From Auanema rhodensis (lineage: Eukaryota > Animalia > Nematoda), in the NCBI GenBank assembly GCA_964057225.1, contig OZ059894.1, positions 23,932,001 to 23,996,000 of the forward strand: a DNA stretch of 64,000 nucleotides, in the 5' to 3' direction. The notes below the pieces were generated by a model. It saw only the letters and a list, made by a program, of their open reading frames with translations. It did no database searches and was not told where the DNA came from. Positions within the stretch are counted from its first letter, which is position 1. Each line of letters starts with the position of its first letter. Of the stretch, positions 40,657-55,600 are shown in pieces. Made by a program: the position numbers and the translations under genes.

Positions 40657-43600
40657 TTTCAAAATTAGATTCCCCATGTCCATATTAGTCTAAAAACAAA
40701 TTTTTATTGATATTGGTTCATGGTAACCATGACTTTGAAATTTACGTGAACTTTAATTTATGCTAATTAAATGTACACGTGATGTGCACTTGGTATGTAA
40801 CTCGCTTCACGTGTAAGATAAAGAGATGCGGTTTTCAAAATTAGATTCCCCATGTCCATATTAGTCTAAAAACAAATTTTTATTGATATTGGTGCATGGT
40901 AACCATGACTTTGAAATTTACGTGAACTTTAATTTATGCTAATTAAATGTACACGTGATGTGCACTTGGTATGTAACTCGCTTCACGTGAAAGATAAAGA
41001 GATGCGGTTTTCAAAATTAGATTCCCCATGTCCATATTAGTCTAAAAACAAATTTTTATTGATATTGGTTCATGGTAACCATGACTTTGAAATTTACGTG
41101 AACTTTAATTTATGCTAATTAAATGTACACGTGATGTGCACTTGGTATGTAACTCGCTTCACGTGAAAGATAAAGAGATGCGGTTTTCAAAATTAGATTC
41201 CCCATGTCCATATTAGTCTAAAAACAAATTTTTATTGATATTGGTTCATGGTAACCATGACTTTGAAATTTACGTGAACTTCAATTTATGCTAATTAAAT
41301 GTACACGTGATGTGCACTTGGTATGTAACTCGCTTCATGTGAAAGATAAAGAGATGCGGTTTTCAAAATTAGATTCCCCATGTCCATATTAGTTTAAAAA
41401 CAAATTTTTATTGATATTGGTTCATGGTAACCATGACTTTGAAATTTACGTGAACTTCAATTTATGCTAATTAAATGTACACGTGATGTGCACTTGGTAT
41501 GTAACTCGCTTCACGTGAAAGATAAAGAGATGCGGTTTTCAAAATTAGATTCCCCATGTCCATATTAGTCTAAAAACAACTTTTTATTGATATTGGTTCA
41601 TGGTAACCATGACTTTGAAATTTACGTGAACTTCAATTTATGCTAATTAAATGTACACGTGATGTGCACTTGGTATGTAACTCGCTTCACGTGAAAGATA
41701 AAGAGATGCGGTTTTCAAAATTAGATTCCCCATGTCCATATTAGTCTAAAAACAAATTTTTATTGATATTGGTTTATGGTAACCATGACTTTGAAATTTA
41801 CGTGAACTTCAATTTATGCTAATTAAATGTACACGTGATGTGCACTTGGTATGTAACTCGCTTCACGTGAAAGATAAAGAGATGCGGTTTTCAAAATTAG
41901 ATTCCCCATGTCCATATTAGTCTAAAAACAAATTTTTATTGATATTGGTTCATGGTAACCATGACTTTGAAATTTACGTGAACTTCAATTTATGCTAATT
42001 AAATGTACACGTGATGTGCACTTGGTATGTAACTCGCTTCACGTGAAAGATAAAGAGATGCGGTTTTCAAAATTAGATTCCCCATGTCCATATTAGTCTA
42101 AAAACAAATTTTTATTGATATTGGTGCATGGTAACCATGACTTTGAAATTTACATGAACTTTAATTTATGCTAATTAAATGTACACGTGATGTGCACTTG
42201 GTATGTAACTCGCTTCACGTGAAAGATAAAGAGATGCGGTTTTCAAAATTAGATTCCCCATGTCCATATTAGTCTAAAAACAAATTTTTATTGATATTGG
42301 TTCATGGTAACCATGACTTTGAAATTTACGTGAACTTCAATTTATGCTAATTAAATGTACACGTGATGTGCACTTGGTATGTAACTCGCTTCACGTGAAA
42401 GATAAAGAGATGCGGTTTTCAAAATTAGATTCCCCATGTCCATATTAGTCTAAAAACAAATTTTTATTGATATTGGTTTATGGTAACCATGACTTTGAAA
42501 TTTACGTGAACTTCAATTTATGCTAATTAAATGTACACGTGATGTGCACTTGGTATGTAACTCGCTTCACGTGAAAGATAAAGAGATGCGGTTTTCAAAA
42601 TTAGATTCCCCATGTCCATATTAGTCTAAAAACAAATTTTTATTGATATTGGTTCATGGTAACCATGACTTTGAAATTTACGTGAACTTCAATTTATGCT
42701 AATTAAATGTACACGTGATGTGCACTTGGTATGTAACTCGCTTCACGTGAAAGATAAAGAGATGCGGTTTTCAAAATTAGATTCCCCATGTCCATATTAG
42801 TCTAAAAACAAATTTTTATTGATATTGGTGCATGGTAACCATGACTTTGAAATTTACATGAACTTTAATTTATGCTAATTAAATGTACACGTGATGTGCA
42901 CTTGGTATGTAACTCGCTTCACGTGAAAGATAAAGAGATGCGGTTTTCAAAATTAGATTCCCCATGTCCATATTAGTCTAAAAACAAATTTTTATTGATA
43001 TTGGTTCATGGTAACCATGACTTTGAAATTTACGTGAACTTTAATTTATGCTAATTAAATGTACACGTGATGTGCACTTGGTATGTAACTCGCTTCACGT
43101 GAAAGATAAAGAGATGCGGTTTTCAAAATTAGATTCCCCATGTCCATATTAGTCTAAAAACAAATTTTTATTGATATTGGTTCATGGTAACCATGACTTT
43201 GAAATTTACGTGAACTTCAATTTATGCTAATTAAATGTACACGTGATGTGCACTTGGTATGTAACTCGCTTCACGTGAAAGATAAAGAGATGCGGTTTTC
43301 AAAATTAGATTCCCCATGTCCATATTAGTCTAAAAACAAATTTTCATTGATATTGGTTCATGGTAACCATGACTTTGAAATTTACGTGAACTTCAATTTA
43401 TGCTAATTAAATGTACACGTGATGTGCACTTGGTATGTAACTCGCTTCACGTGAAAGATAAAGAGATGCGGTTTTCAAAATTAGATTCCCCATGTCCATA
43501 TTAGTCTAAAAACAAATTTTTATTGATATTGGTTCATGGTAACCATGACTTTGAAATTTACGTGAACTTCAATTTATGCTAATTAAATGTACACGTGATG

Positions 43601-46600
43601 TGCACTTGGTATGTAACTCGCTTCACGTGAAAGATAAAGAGATGCGGTTTTCAAAATTAGATTCCCCATGTCCATATTAGTCTAAAAACAAATTTTTATT
43701 GATATTGGTTCATGGTAACCATGACTTTGAAATTTACGTGAACTTCAATTTATGCTAATTAAATGTACACGTGATGTGCACTTGGTATGTAACTCGCTTC
43801 ACGTGAAAGATAAAGAGATGCGGTTTTCAAAATTAGATTCCCCATGTCCATATTAGTCTAAAAACAAATTTTTATTGATATTGGTGCATGGTAACCATGA
43901 CTTTGAAATTTACGTGAACTTTAATTTATGCTAATTAAATGTACACGTGATGTGCACTTGGTATGTAACTCGCTTCACGTGAAAGATAAAGAGATGCGGT
44001 TTTCAAAATTAGATTCCCCATGTCCATATTAGTCTAAAAACAAATTTTTATTGATATTGGTGCATGGTAACCATGACTTTGAAATTTACGTGAACTTTAA
44101 TTTATGCTAATTAAATGTACACGTGATGTGCACTTGGTATGTAACTCGCTTCACGTGAAAGATAAAGAGATGCGGTTTTCAAAATTAGATTCTTCATGTC
44201 CATATTAGTCTAAAAACAAATTTTTATTGATATTGGTTTATGGTAACCATGACTTTGAAATTTACGTGAACTTTAATTTATGCTAATTAAATGTACACGT
44301 GATGTGCACTTGGTATGTAACTCGCTTCACGTGAAAGATAAAGAGATGCGGTTTTCAAAATTAGATTCCCCATGTCCATATTAGTCTAAAAACAAATTTT
44401 TATTGATATTGGTTCATGGTAACCATGACTTTGAAATTCACGTGAACTTCAATTTATGCTAATTAAATGTACACGTGATGTGCACTTGGTATGTAACTCG
44501 CTTCACGTGAAAGATAAAGAGATGCGGTTTTCAAAATTAGATTCCCCATGTCCATATTAGTCTAAAAACAAATTTTTATTGATATTGGTTCATGGTAACC
44601 ATGACTTTGAAATTTACGTGAACTTCAATTTATGCTAATTAAATGTACACGTGATGTGCACTTGGTATGTAACTCGCTTCACGTGAAAGATAAAGAGATG
44701 CGGTTTTCAAAATTAGATTCCCCATGTCCATATTAGTCTAAAAACAAATTTTTATTGATATTGGTGCATGGTAACCATGACTTTGAAATTTACGTGAACT
44801 TTAATTTATGCTAATTAAATGTACACGTGATGTGCCCTTGGTATGTAACTCGCTTCACGTGAAAGATAAAGAGATGCGGTTTTCCAAATTAGATTCCCCA
44901 TGTCCATATTAGTCTAAAAACAAATTTTTATTGATATTGGTGCATGGTAACCATGACTTTGAAATTTACGTGAACTTTAATTTATGCTAATTAAATGTAC
45001 ACGTGATGTGCACTTGGTATGTAACTCGCTTCACGTGAAAGATAAAGAGATGCGGTTTTCAAAATTAGATTCCCCATGTCCATATTAGTCTAAAAACAAA
45101 TTTTTATTGATATTGGTTCATGGTGACCATGACTTTGAAATTTACGTGAACTTTAATTTATGCTAATTAAATGTACACGTGATGTGCACTTGGTATGTAA
45201 CTCACTTCACGTGAAAGATAAAGAGATGCGGTTTTCAAAATTAGATTCCTCATGTCCATATTAGTCTAAAAACAAATTTTTATTGATATTGGTGCATGGT
45301 AACCATGACTTTGAAATTTACGTGAACTTCAATTTATGCTAATTAAATGTACACGTGATGTGCACTTGGTATGTAACTCGCTTCACGTGAAAGATAAAGA
45401 GATGCGGTTTTCAAAATTAGATTCCCCATGTCCATATTAGTCTAAAAACAAATTTTTATTGATATTGGTGCATGGTAACCATGACTTTGAAATTTACGTG
45501 AACTTTAATTTATGCTAATTAAATGTACACGTGATGTACACTTGGTATGTAACTCGCTTCACGTGAAAGATAAAGAGATGCGGTTTTCAAAATTAGATTC
45601 CCCATGTCCATATTAGTCTAAAAACAAATTTTTATTGATATTGGTTCATGGTAACCATGACTTTGAAATTTACGTGAACTTTAATTTATGCTAATTAAAT
45701 GTACACGTGATGTGCACTTGGTATGTAACTCGCTTCACGTGAAAGATAAAGAGATGCGGTTTTCGAAATTAGATTCCCCATGTCCATATTAGTCTAAAAA
45801 CAAATTTTTATTGATATTGGTTCATGGTAACCATGACTTTGAAATTTACGTGAACTTCAATTTATGCTAATTAAATGTACACGTGATGTGCACTTGGTAT
45901 GTAACTCGCTTCACGTGAAAGATAAAGAGATGCGGTTTTCAAAATTAGATTCCCCATGTCCATATTAGTCTAAAAACAAATTTTTATTGATATTGGTTCA
46001 TGGTAACCATGACTTTAAAATTTACGTGAACTTCAATTTATGCTAATTAAATGTACACGTGATGTGCACTTGGTATGTAACTCGCTTCACGTGAAAGATA
46101 AAGAGATGCGGTTTTCAAAATTAAATTTCCCATGTCCATATTAGTCTAAAAACAACTTTTTATTGATATTGGTTCATGGTAACCATGACTTTGAAATTTA
46201 CGTGAACTTCAATTTATGCTAATTAAATGTACACGTGATGTGCACTTGGTATGTAACTCGCTTCACGTGAAAGATAAAGAGATGCGGTTTTCAAAATTAG
46301 ATTCCCCATGTCCATATTAGTCTAAAAACAAATTTTTATTGATATTGGTTCATGGTAACCATGACTTTGAAATTTACGTGAACTTCAATTTATGCTAATT
46401 AAATGTACACGTGATGTGCACTTGGTATGTAACTCGCTTCACGTGAAAGATAAAGAGATGCGGTTTTCAAAATTAGATTCCCCATGTCCATATTAGTCTA
46501 AAAACAAATTTTTATTGATATTGGTGCATGGTAACCATGACTTTGAAATTTACGTGAACTTTAATTTATGCTAATTAAATGTACACGTGATGTGCACTTG

Positions 46601-49600
46601 GTATGTAACTCGCTTCACGTGAAAGATAAAGAGATGCTGTTTTCAAAATTAGATTCCCCATGTCCATATTAGTCTAAAAACAAATTTTTATTGATATTGG
46701 TTCATGGTAACCATGACTTTGAAATTTACGTGAACTTTAATTTATGCTAATTAAATGTACACGTGATGTGCACTTGGTATGTAACTCGCTTCACGTGAAA
46801 GATAAAGAGATGCGGTTTTCAAAATTAGATTCCCCATGTCCATATTAGTCTAAAAACAAATTTTTATTGATATTGGTTCATGGTAACCATGACTTTGAAA
46901 TTTACGTGAACTTCAATTTATGCTAATTAAATGTACACGTGATGTGCACTTGGTATGTAACTCGCTTCACGTGAAAGATAAAGAGATGCGGTTTTCAAAA
47001 TTAGATTCCCCATGTCCATATTAGTCTAAAAACAAATTTTCATTGATATTGGTTCATGGTAACCATGACTTTGAAATTTACGTGAACTTCAATTTATGCT
47101 AATTAAATGTACACGTGATGTGCACTTGGTATGTAACTCGCTTCACGTGAAAGATAAAGAGATGCGGTTTTCAAAATTAGATTCCCCATGTCCATATTAG
47201 TCTAAAAACAAATTTTTATTGATATTGGTTCATGGTAACCATGACTTTGAAATTTACGTGAACTTCAATTTATGCTAATTAAATGTACACGTGATGTGCA
47301 CTTGGTATGTAACTCGCTTCACGTGAAAGATAAAGAGATGCGGTTTTCAAAATTAGATTCCCCATGTCCATATTAGTCTAAAAACAAATTTTTATTGATA
47401 TTGGTTCATGGTAACCATGACTTTGAAATTTACGTGAACTTCAATTTATGCTAATTAAATGTACACGTGATGTGCACTTGGTATGTAACTCGCTTCACGT
47501 GAAAGATAAAGAGATGCGGTTTTCAAAATTAGATTCCCCATGTCCATATTAGTCTAAAAACAAATTTTTATTGATATTGGTGCATGGTAACCATGACTTT
47601 GAAATTTACGTGAACTTTAATTTATGCTAATTAAATGTACACGTGATGTGCACTTGGTATGTAACTCGCTTCACGTGAAAGATAAAGAGATGCGGTTTTC
47701 AAAATTAGATTCCCCATGTCCATATTAGTCTAAAAACAAATTTTTATTGATATTGGTGCATGGTAACCATGACTTTGAAATTTACGTGAACTTTAATTTA
47801 TGCTAATTAAATGTACACGTGATGTGCACTTGGTATGTAACTCGCTTCACGTGAAAGATAAAGAGATGCGGTTTTCAAAATTAGATTCTTCATGTCCATA
47901 TTAGTCTAAAAACAAATTTTTATTGATATTGGTTCATGGTAACCATGACTTTGAAATTTACGTGAACTTTAATTTATGCTAATTAAATGTACACGTGATG
48001 TGCACTTGGTATGTAACTCGCTTCACGTGAAAGATAAAGAGATGCGGTTTTCAAAATTAGATTCCCCATGTCCATATTAGTCTAAAAACAAATTTTTATT
48101 GATATTGGTTCATGGTAACCATGACTTTGAAATTCACGTGAACTTCAATTTATGCTAATTAAATGTACACGTGATGTGCACTTGGTATGTAACTCGCTTC
48201 ACGTGAAAGATAAAGAGATGCGGTTTTCAAAATTAGATTCCCCATGTCCATATTAGTCTAAAAACAAATTTTTATTGATATTGGTTCATGGTAACCATGA
48301 CTTTGAAATTTACGTGAACTTCAATTTATGCTAATTAAATGTACACGTGATGTGCACTTGGTATGTAACTCGCTTCACGTGAAAGATAAAGAGATGCGGT
48401 TTTCAAAATTAGATTCTTCATGTCCATATTAGTCTAAAAACAAATTTTTATTGATATTGGTTCATGGTAACCATGACTTTGAAATTTACGTGAACTTCAA
48501 TTTATGCTAATTAAATGTACACGTGATGTGCACTTGGTATGTAACTCGCTTCACGTGAAAGATAAAGAGATGCGGTTTTCAAAATTAGATTCTTCATGTC
48601 CATATTAGTCTAAAAACAAATTTTTATTGATATTGGTTCATGGTAACCATGACTTTGAAATTTACGTGAACTTTAATTTATGCTAATTAAATGTACACGT
48701 GATGTGCACTTGGTATGTAACTCGCTTCACGTGAAAGATAAAGAGATGCGGTTTTCAAAATTAGATTCCCCATGTCCATATTAGTCTAAAAACAAATTTT
48801 TATTGATATTGGTTCATGGTAACCATGACTTTGAAATTCACGTGAACTTCAATTTATGCTAATTAAATGTACACGTGATGTGCACTTGGTATGTAACTCG
48901 CTTCACGTGAAAGATAAAGAGATGCGGTTTTCAAAATTAGATTCCCCATGTCCATATTAGTCTAAAAACAAATTTTTATTGATATTGGTTCATGGTAACC
49001 ATGACTTTGAAATTTACGTGAACTTCAATTTATGCTAATTAAATGTACACGTGATGTGCACTTGGTATGTAACTCGCTTCACGTGAAAGATAAAGAGATG
49101 CGGTTTTCAAAATTAGATTCCCCATGTCCATATTAGTCTAAAAACAAATTTTTATTGATATTGGTTCATGGTAACCATGACTTTGAAATTTACGTGAACT
49201 TCAATTTATGCTAATTAAATGTACACGTGATGTGCACTTGGTATGTAACTCGCTTCACGTGAAAGATAAAGAGATGCGGTTTTCAAAATTAGATTCCCCA
49301 TGTCCATATTAGTCTAAAAACAAATTTTTATTGATATTGGTTCATGGTAACCATGACTTTGAAATTTACGTGAACTTCAATTTATGCTAATTAAATGTAC
49401 ACGTGATGTGCACTTGGTATGTAACTCGCTTCACGTGAAAGATAAAGAGATGCGGTTTTCAAAATTAGATTCCCCATGTCCATATTAGTCTAAAAACAAA
49501 TTTTTATTGATATTGGTGCATGGTAACCATGACTTTGAAATTTACGTGAACTTTAATTTATGCTAATTAAATGTACACGTGATGTGCACTTGGTATGTAA

Positions 49601-52600
49601 CTCGCTTCACGTGAAAGATAAAGAGATGCGGTTTTCAAAATTAGATTCCCCATGTCCATATTAGTCTAAAAACAAATTTTTATTGATATTGGTGCATGGT
49701 AACCATGACTTTGAAATTTACGTGAACTTTAATTTATGCTAATTAAATGTACACGTGATGTGCACTTGGTATGTAACTCGCTTCACGTGAAAGATAAAGA
49801 GATGCGGTTTTCAAAATTAGATTCTTCATGTCCATATTAGTCTAAAAACAAATTTTTATTGATATTGGTTCATGGTAACCATGACTTTGAAATTTACGTG
49901 AACTTTAATTTATGCTAATTAAATGTACACGTGATGTGCACTTGGTATGTAACTCGCTTCACGTGAAAGATAAAGAGATGCGGTTTTCAAAATTAGATTC
50001 CCCATGTCCATATTAGTCTAAAAACAAATTTTTATTGATATTGGTTCATGGTAACCATGACTTTGAAATTCACGTGAACTTCAATTTATGCTAATTAAAT
50101 GTACACGTGATGTGCACTTGGTATGTAACTCGCTTCACGTGAAAGATAAAGAGATGCGGTTTTCAAAATTAGATTCCCCATGTCCATATTAGTCTAAAAA
50201 CAAATTTTTATTGATATTGGTTCATGGTAACCATGACTTTGAAATTTACGTGAACTTCAATTTATGCTAATTAAATGTACACGTGATGTGCACTTGGTAT
50301 GTAACTCGCTTCACGTGAAAGATAAAGAGATGCGGTTTTCAAAATTAGATTCCCCATGTCCATATTAGTCTAAAAACAAATTTTTATTGATATTGGTGCA
50401 TGGTAACCATGACTTTGAAATTTACGTGAACTTTAATTTATGCTAATTAAATGTACACGTGATGTGCCCTTGGTATGTAACTCGCTTCACGTGAAAGATA
50501 AAGAGATGCGGTTTTCAAAATTAGATTCCCCATGTCCATATTAGTCTAAAAACAAATTTTTATTGATATTGGTGCATGGTAACCATGACTTTGAAATTTA
50601 CGTGAACTTTAATTTATGCTAATTAAATGTACACGTGATGTGCACTTGGTATGTAACTCGCTTCACGTGAAAGATAAAGAGATGCGGTTTTCAAAATTAG
50701 ATTCCCCATGTCCATATTAGTCTAAAAACAAATTTGTATTGATATTGGTGCATGGTAACCATGACTTTGAAATTTACGTGAACTTTAATTTATGCTAATT
50801 AAATGTACACGTGATGTGCACTTGGTATGTAACTCGCTTCACGTGAAAGATAAAGAGATGCGGTTTTCAAAATTAGATTCCCCATGTCCATATTAGTCTA
50901 AAAACAAATTTTTATTGATATTGGTTCATGGTAACCATGACTTTGAAATTTACGTGAACTTTAATTTATGCTAATTAAATGTACACGTGATGTGCACTTG
51001 GTATGTAACTCGCTTCACGTGAAAGATAAAGAGATGCGGTTTTCAAAATTAGATTCCCCATGTCCATATTAGTCTAAAAACAAATTTTTATTGATATTGG
51101 TGCATGGTAACCATGACTTTGAAATTTACGTGAACTTTAATTTATGCTAATTAAATGTACACGTGATGTGCACTTGGTATGTAACTCGCTTCACGTGAAA
51201 GATAAAGAGATGCGGTTTTTAAAATTAGATTCCCCATGTCCATATTAGTCTAAAAACAAATTTTTATTGATATTGGTTCATGGTAACCATGACTTTGAAA
51301 TTTACGTGAACTTTAATTTATGCTAATTAAATGTACACGTGATGTGCACTTGGTATGTAACTCGCTTCACGTGAAAGATAAAGAGATGCGGTTCTCAAAA
51401 TTAGATTCCCCATGTCCATATTAGTCTAAAAACAAATTTTTATTGATATTGGTTCATGGTAACCATGACTTTGAAATTTACGTGAACTTCAATTTATGCT
51501 AATTAAATGTACACGTGATGTGCACTTGGTATGTAACTCGCTTCACGTGAAAGATAAAGAGATGCGGTTTGCAAAATTAGATTCCCCATGTCCATATTAG
51601 TCTAAAAACAAATTTTTATTGATATTGGTTCATGGTAACCATGACTTTGAAATTTACGTGAACTTCAATTTATGCTAATTAAATGTACACGTGATGTGCA
51701 CTTGGTATGTAACTCGCTTCACGTGAAAGATAAAGAGATGCGGTTTTCAAAATTAGATTCCCCATGTCCATATTAGTCTAAAAACAAATTTTTATTGATA
51801 TTGGTTCATGGTAACCATGACTTTGAAATTTACGTGAACTTTAATTTATGCTAATTAAATGTACACGTGATGTGCACTTGGTATGTAACTCGCTTCACGT
51901 GAAAGATAAAGATATGCGGTTTTCAAAATTAGATTCCCCATGTCCATATTAGTCTAAAAACAAATTTTTATTGATATTGGTGCATGGTAACCATGACTTT
52001 GAAATTTACGTGAACTTTAATTTATGCTAATTAAATGTACACGTGATGTGCCCTTGGTATGTAACTCGCTTCACGTGAAAGATAAAGAGATGCGGTTTTC
52101 AAAATTAGATTCCCCATGTCCATATTAGTCTAAAAACAAATTTTTATTGATATTGGTGCATGGTAACCATGACTTTGAAATTTACGTGAACTTTAATTTA
52201 TGCTAATTAAATGTACACGTGATGTGCACTTGGTATGTAACTCGCTTCACGTGAAAGATAAAGAGATGCGGTTTTTAAAATTAGATTCCCCATGTCCATA
52301 TTAGTCTAAAAACAAATTTTTATTGATATTGGTTCATGGTAACCATGACTTTGAAATTTACGTGAACTTTAATTTATGCTAATTAAATGTACACGTGATG
52401 TGCACTTGGTATGTAACTCGCTTCACGTGAAAGATAAAGAGATGCGGTTTTCAAAATTAGATTCCCCATGTCCATATTAGTCTAAAAACAAATTTTTATT
52501 GATATTGGTGCATGGTAACCATGACTTTGAAATTTACGTGAACTTTAATTTATGCTAATTAAATGTACACGTGATGTGCACTTGGTATGTAACTCGCTTC

Positions 52601-55600
52601 ACGTGAAAGATAAAGAGATGCGGTTTTCAAAATTAGATTCCCCATGTCCATATTAGTCTAAAAACAAATTTTTATTGATATTGGTTCATGGTGACCATGA
52701 CTTTGAAATTTACGTGAACTTCAATTTATGCTAATTAAATGTACACGTGATGTGCACTTGGTATGTAACTCGCTTCACGTGAAAGATAAAGAGATGCGGT
52801 TTTCAAAATTAGATTCCCCATGTCCATATTAGTCTAAAAACAAATTTTTATTGATATTGGTTCATGGTAACCATGACTTTGAAATTTACGTGAACTTTAA
52901 TTTATGCTAATTAAATGTACACGTGATGTGCACTTGGTATGTAACTCGCTTCACGTGAAAGATAAAGAGATGCGGTTTTCAAAATTAGATTCCCCATGTC
53001 CATATTAGTCTAAAAACAAATTTTTATTGATATTGGTTCATGGTGACCATGACTTTGAAATTTACGTGAACTTCAATTTATGCTAATTAAATGTACACGT
53101 GATGTGCACTTGGTATGTAACTCGCTTCACGTGAAAGATAAAGAGATGCGGTTTTCAAAATTAGATTCCCCATGTCCATATTAGTCTAAAAACAAATTTT
53201 TATTGATATTGGTTCATGGTAACCATGACTTTGAAATTTACGTGAACTTTAATTTATGCTAATTAAATGTACACGTGATGTGCACTTGGTATGTAACTCG
53301 CTTCACGTGAAAGATAAAGAGATGCGGTTTTCAAAATTAGATTCCCCATGTCCATATTAGTCTAAAAACAAATTTTTATTGATATTGGTTCATGGTAACC
53401 ATGACTTTGAAATTTACGTGAACTTTAATTTATGCTAATTAAATGTACACGTGATGTGCACTTGGTATGTAACTCGCTTCACGTGAAAGATAAAGAGACG
53501 CGGTTTTCAAAATTAGATTCCCCATGTCCATATTAGTCTAAAAACAAATTTTTATTGATATTGGTTCATGGTAACCATGACTTTGAAATTTACGTGAACT
53601 TTAATTTATGCTAATTAAATGTACACGTGATGTGCACTTGGTATGTAACTCGCTTCACGTGAAAGATAAAGAGATGCGGTTTTCAAAATTAGATTCCCCA
53701 TGTCCATATTAGTCTAAAAACAAATTTTTATTGATATTGGTGCATGGTAACCATGACTTTGAAATTTACGTGAACTTTAATTTATGCTAATTAAATGTAC
53801 ACGTGATGTGCCCTTGGTATGTAACTCGCTTCACGTGAAAGATAAAGAGATGCGGTTTTCAAAATTAGATTCCCCATGTCCATATTAGTCTAAAAACAAA
53901 TTTTTATTGATATTGGTGCATGGTAACCATGACTTTGAAATTTACGTGAACTTTAATTTATGCTAATTAAATGTACACGTGATGTGCACTTGGTATGTAA
54001 CTCGCTTCACGTGAAAGATAAAGAGATGCGGTTTTCAAAATTAGATTCCCCATGTCCATATTAGTCTAAAAACAAATTTTTATTGATATTGGTTCATGGT
54101 AACCATGACTTTGAAATTTACGTGAACTTTAATTTATGCTAATTAAATGTACACGTGATGTGCCCTTGGTATGTAACTCGCTTCACGTGAAAGATAAAGA
54201 GATGCGGTTTTCAAAATTAGATTCCCCATGTCCATATTAGTCTAAAAACAAATTTTTATTGATATTGGTGCATGGTAACCATGACTTTGAAATTTACGTG
54301 AACTTTAATTTATGCTAATTAAATGTACACGTGATGTGCACTTGGTATGTAACTCGCTTCACGTGAAAGATAAAGAGATGCGGTTTTCAAAATTAGATTC
54401 CCCATGTCCATATTAGTCTAAAAACAAATTTTTATTGATATTGGTTCATGGTAACCATGACTTTGAAATTTACGTGAACTTTAATTTATGCTAATTAAAT
54501 GTAGACGTGATGAGCACTTGGTATGTAACTCGCTTCACGTGAAAGATAAAGAGATGCGGTTTTCAAAATTAGATTCCCCATGTCCATATTAGTCTAAAAA
54601 CAAATTTTTATTGATATTGGTGCATGGTAACCATGACTTTGAAATTTACGTGAACTTTAATTTATGCTAATTAAATGTACACGTGATGTGCACTTGGTAT
54701 GTAACTCGCTTCACGTGAAAGATAAAAAGATGCGGTTTTGCAAAATTAAATTTCCCATGTCCATATTAGTCTAAAAACAAATTTTTATTGATATTGGTGC
54801 ATGGTAACCATGACTTTGAAATTTACGTGAACTTTAATTTATGCTAATTAAATGTACACGTGATGTGCACTTGGTATGTAACTCGCTTCACGTGAAAGAT
54901 AAAGAGATGCGGTTTTCAAAATTAGATTCCCCATGTCCATATTAGTCTAAAAACAAATTTTTATTGATATTGGTTCATGGTAACCATGACTTTGAAATTT
55001 ACGTGAACTTTAATTTATGCTAATTAAATGTACACGTGATGTGCACTTGGTATGTAACTCGCTTCACGTGAAAGATAAAGAGATGCGGTTTTCAAAATTA
55101 GATTCCCCATGTCCATATTAGTCTAAAAACAAATTTTTATTGATATTGGTGCATGGTAACCATGACTTTGAAATTTACGTGAACTTTAATTTATGCTAAT
55201 TAAATGTACACGTGATGTGCACTTGGTATGTAACTCGCTTCACGTGAAAGATAAAGAGATGCGGTTTTCAAAATTAGATTCCCCATGTCCATATTAGTCT
55301 AAAAACAAATTTTTATTGATATTGGTGCATGGTAACCATGACTTTGAAATTTACGTGAACTTTAATTTATGCTAATTAAATGTACACGTGATGTGCACTT
55401 GGTATGTAACTCGCTTCACGTGAAAGATAAAGAGATGCGGTTTTCAAAATTAGATTCCCCATGTCCATATTAGTCTAAAAACAAATTTTTATTGATATTG
55501 GTTCATGGTAACCATGACTTTGAAATTTACGTGAACTTTAATTTATGCTAATTAAATGTACACGTGATGTGCACTTGGTATGTAACTCGCTTCACGTGAA

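Noticed and set aside
17617-54727. Duplication offset of 30976 bp equals exactly 176 x 176
   Set aside because: Numerical coincidence. Any in-register offset is a multiple of 176, and the offset drifts through 166, 171, 172, 175 and 176 monomers.
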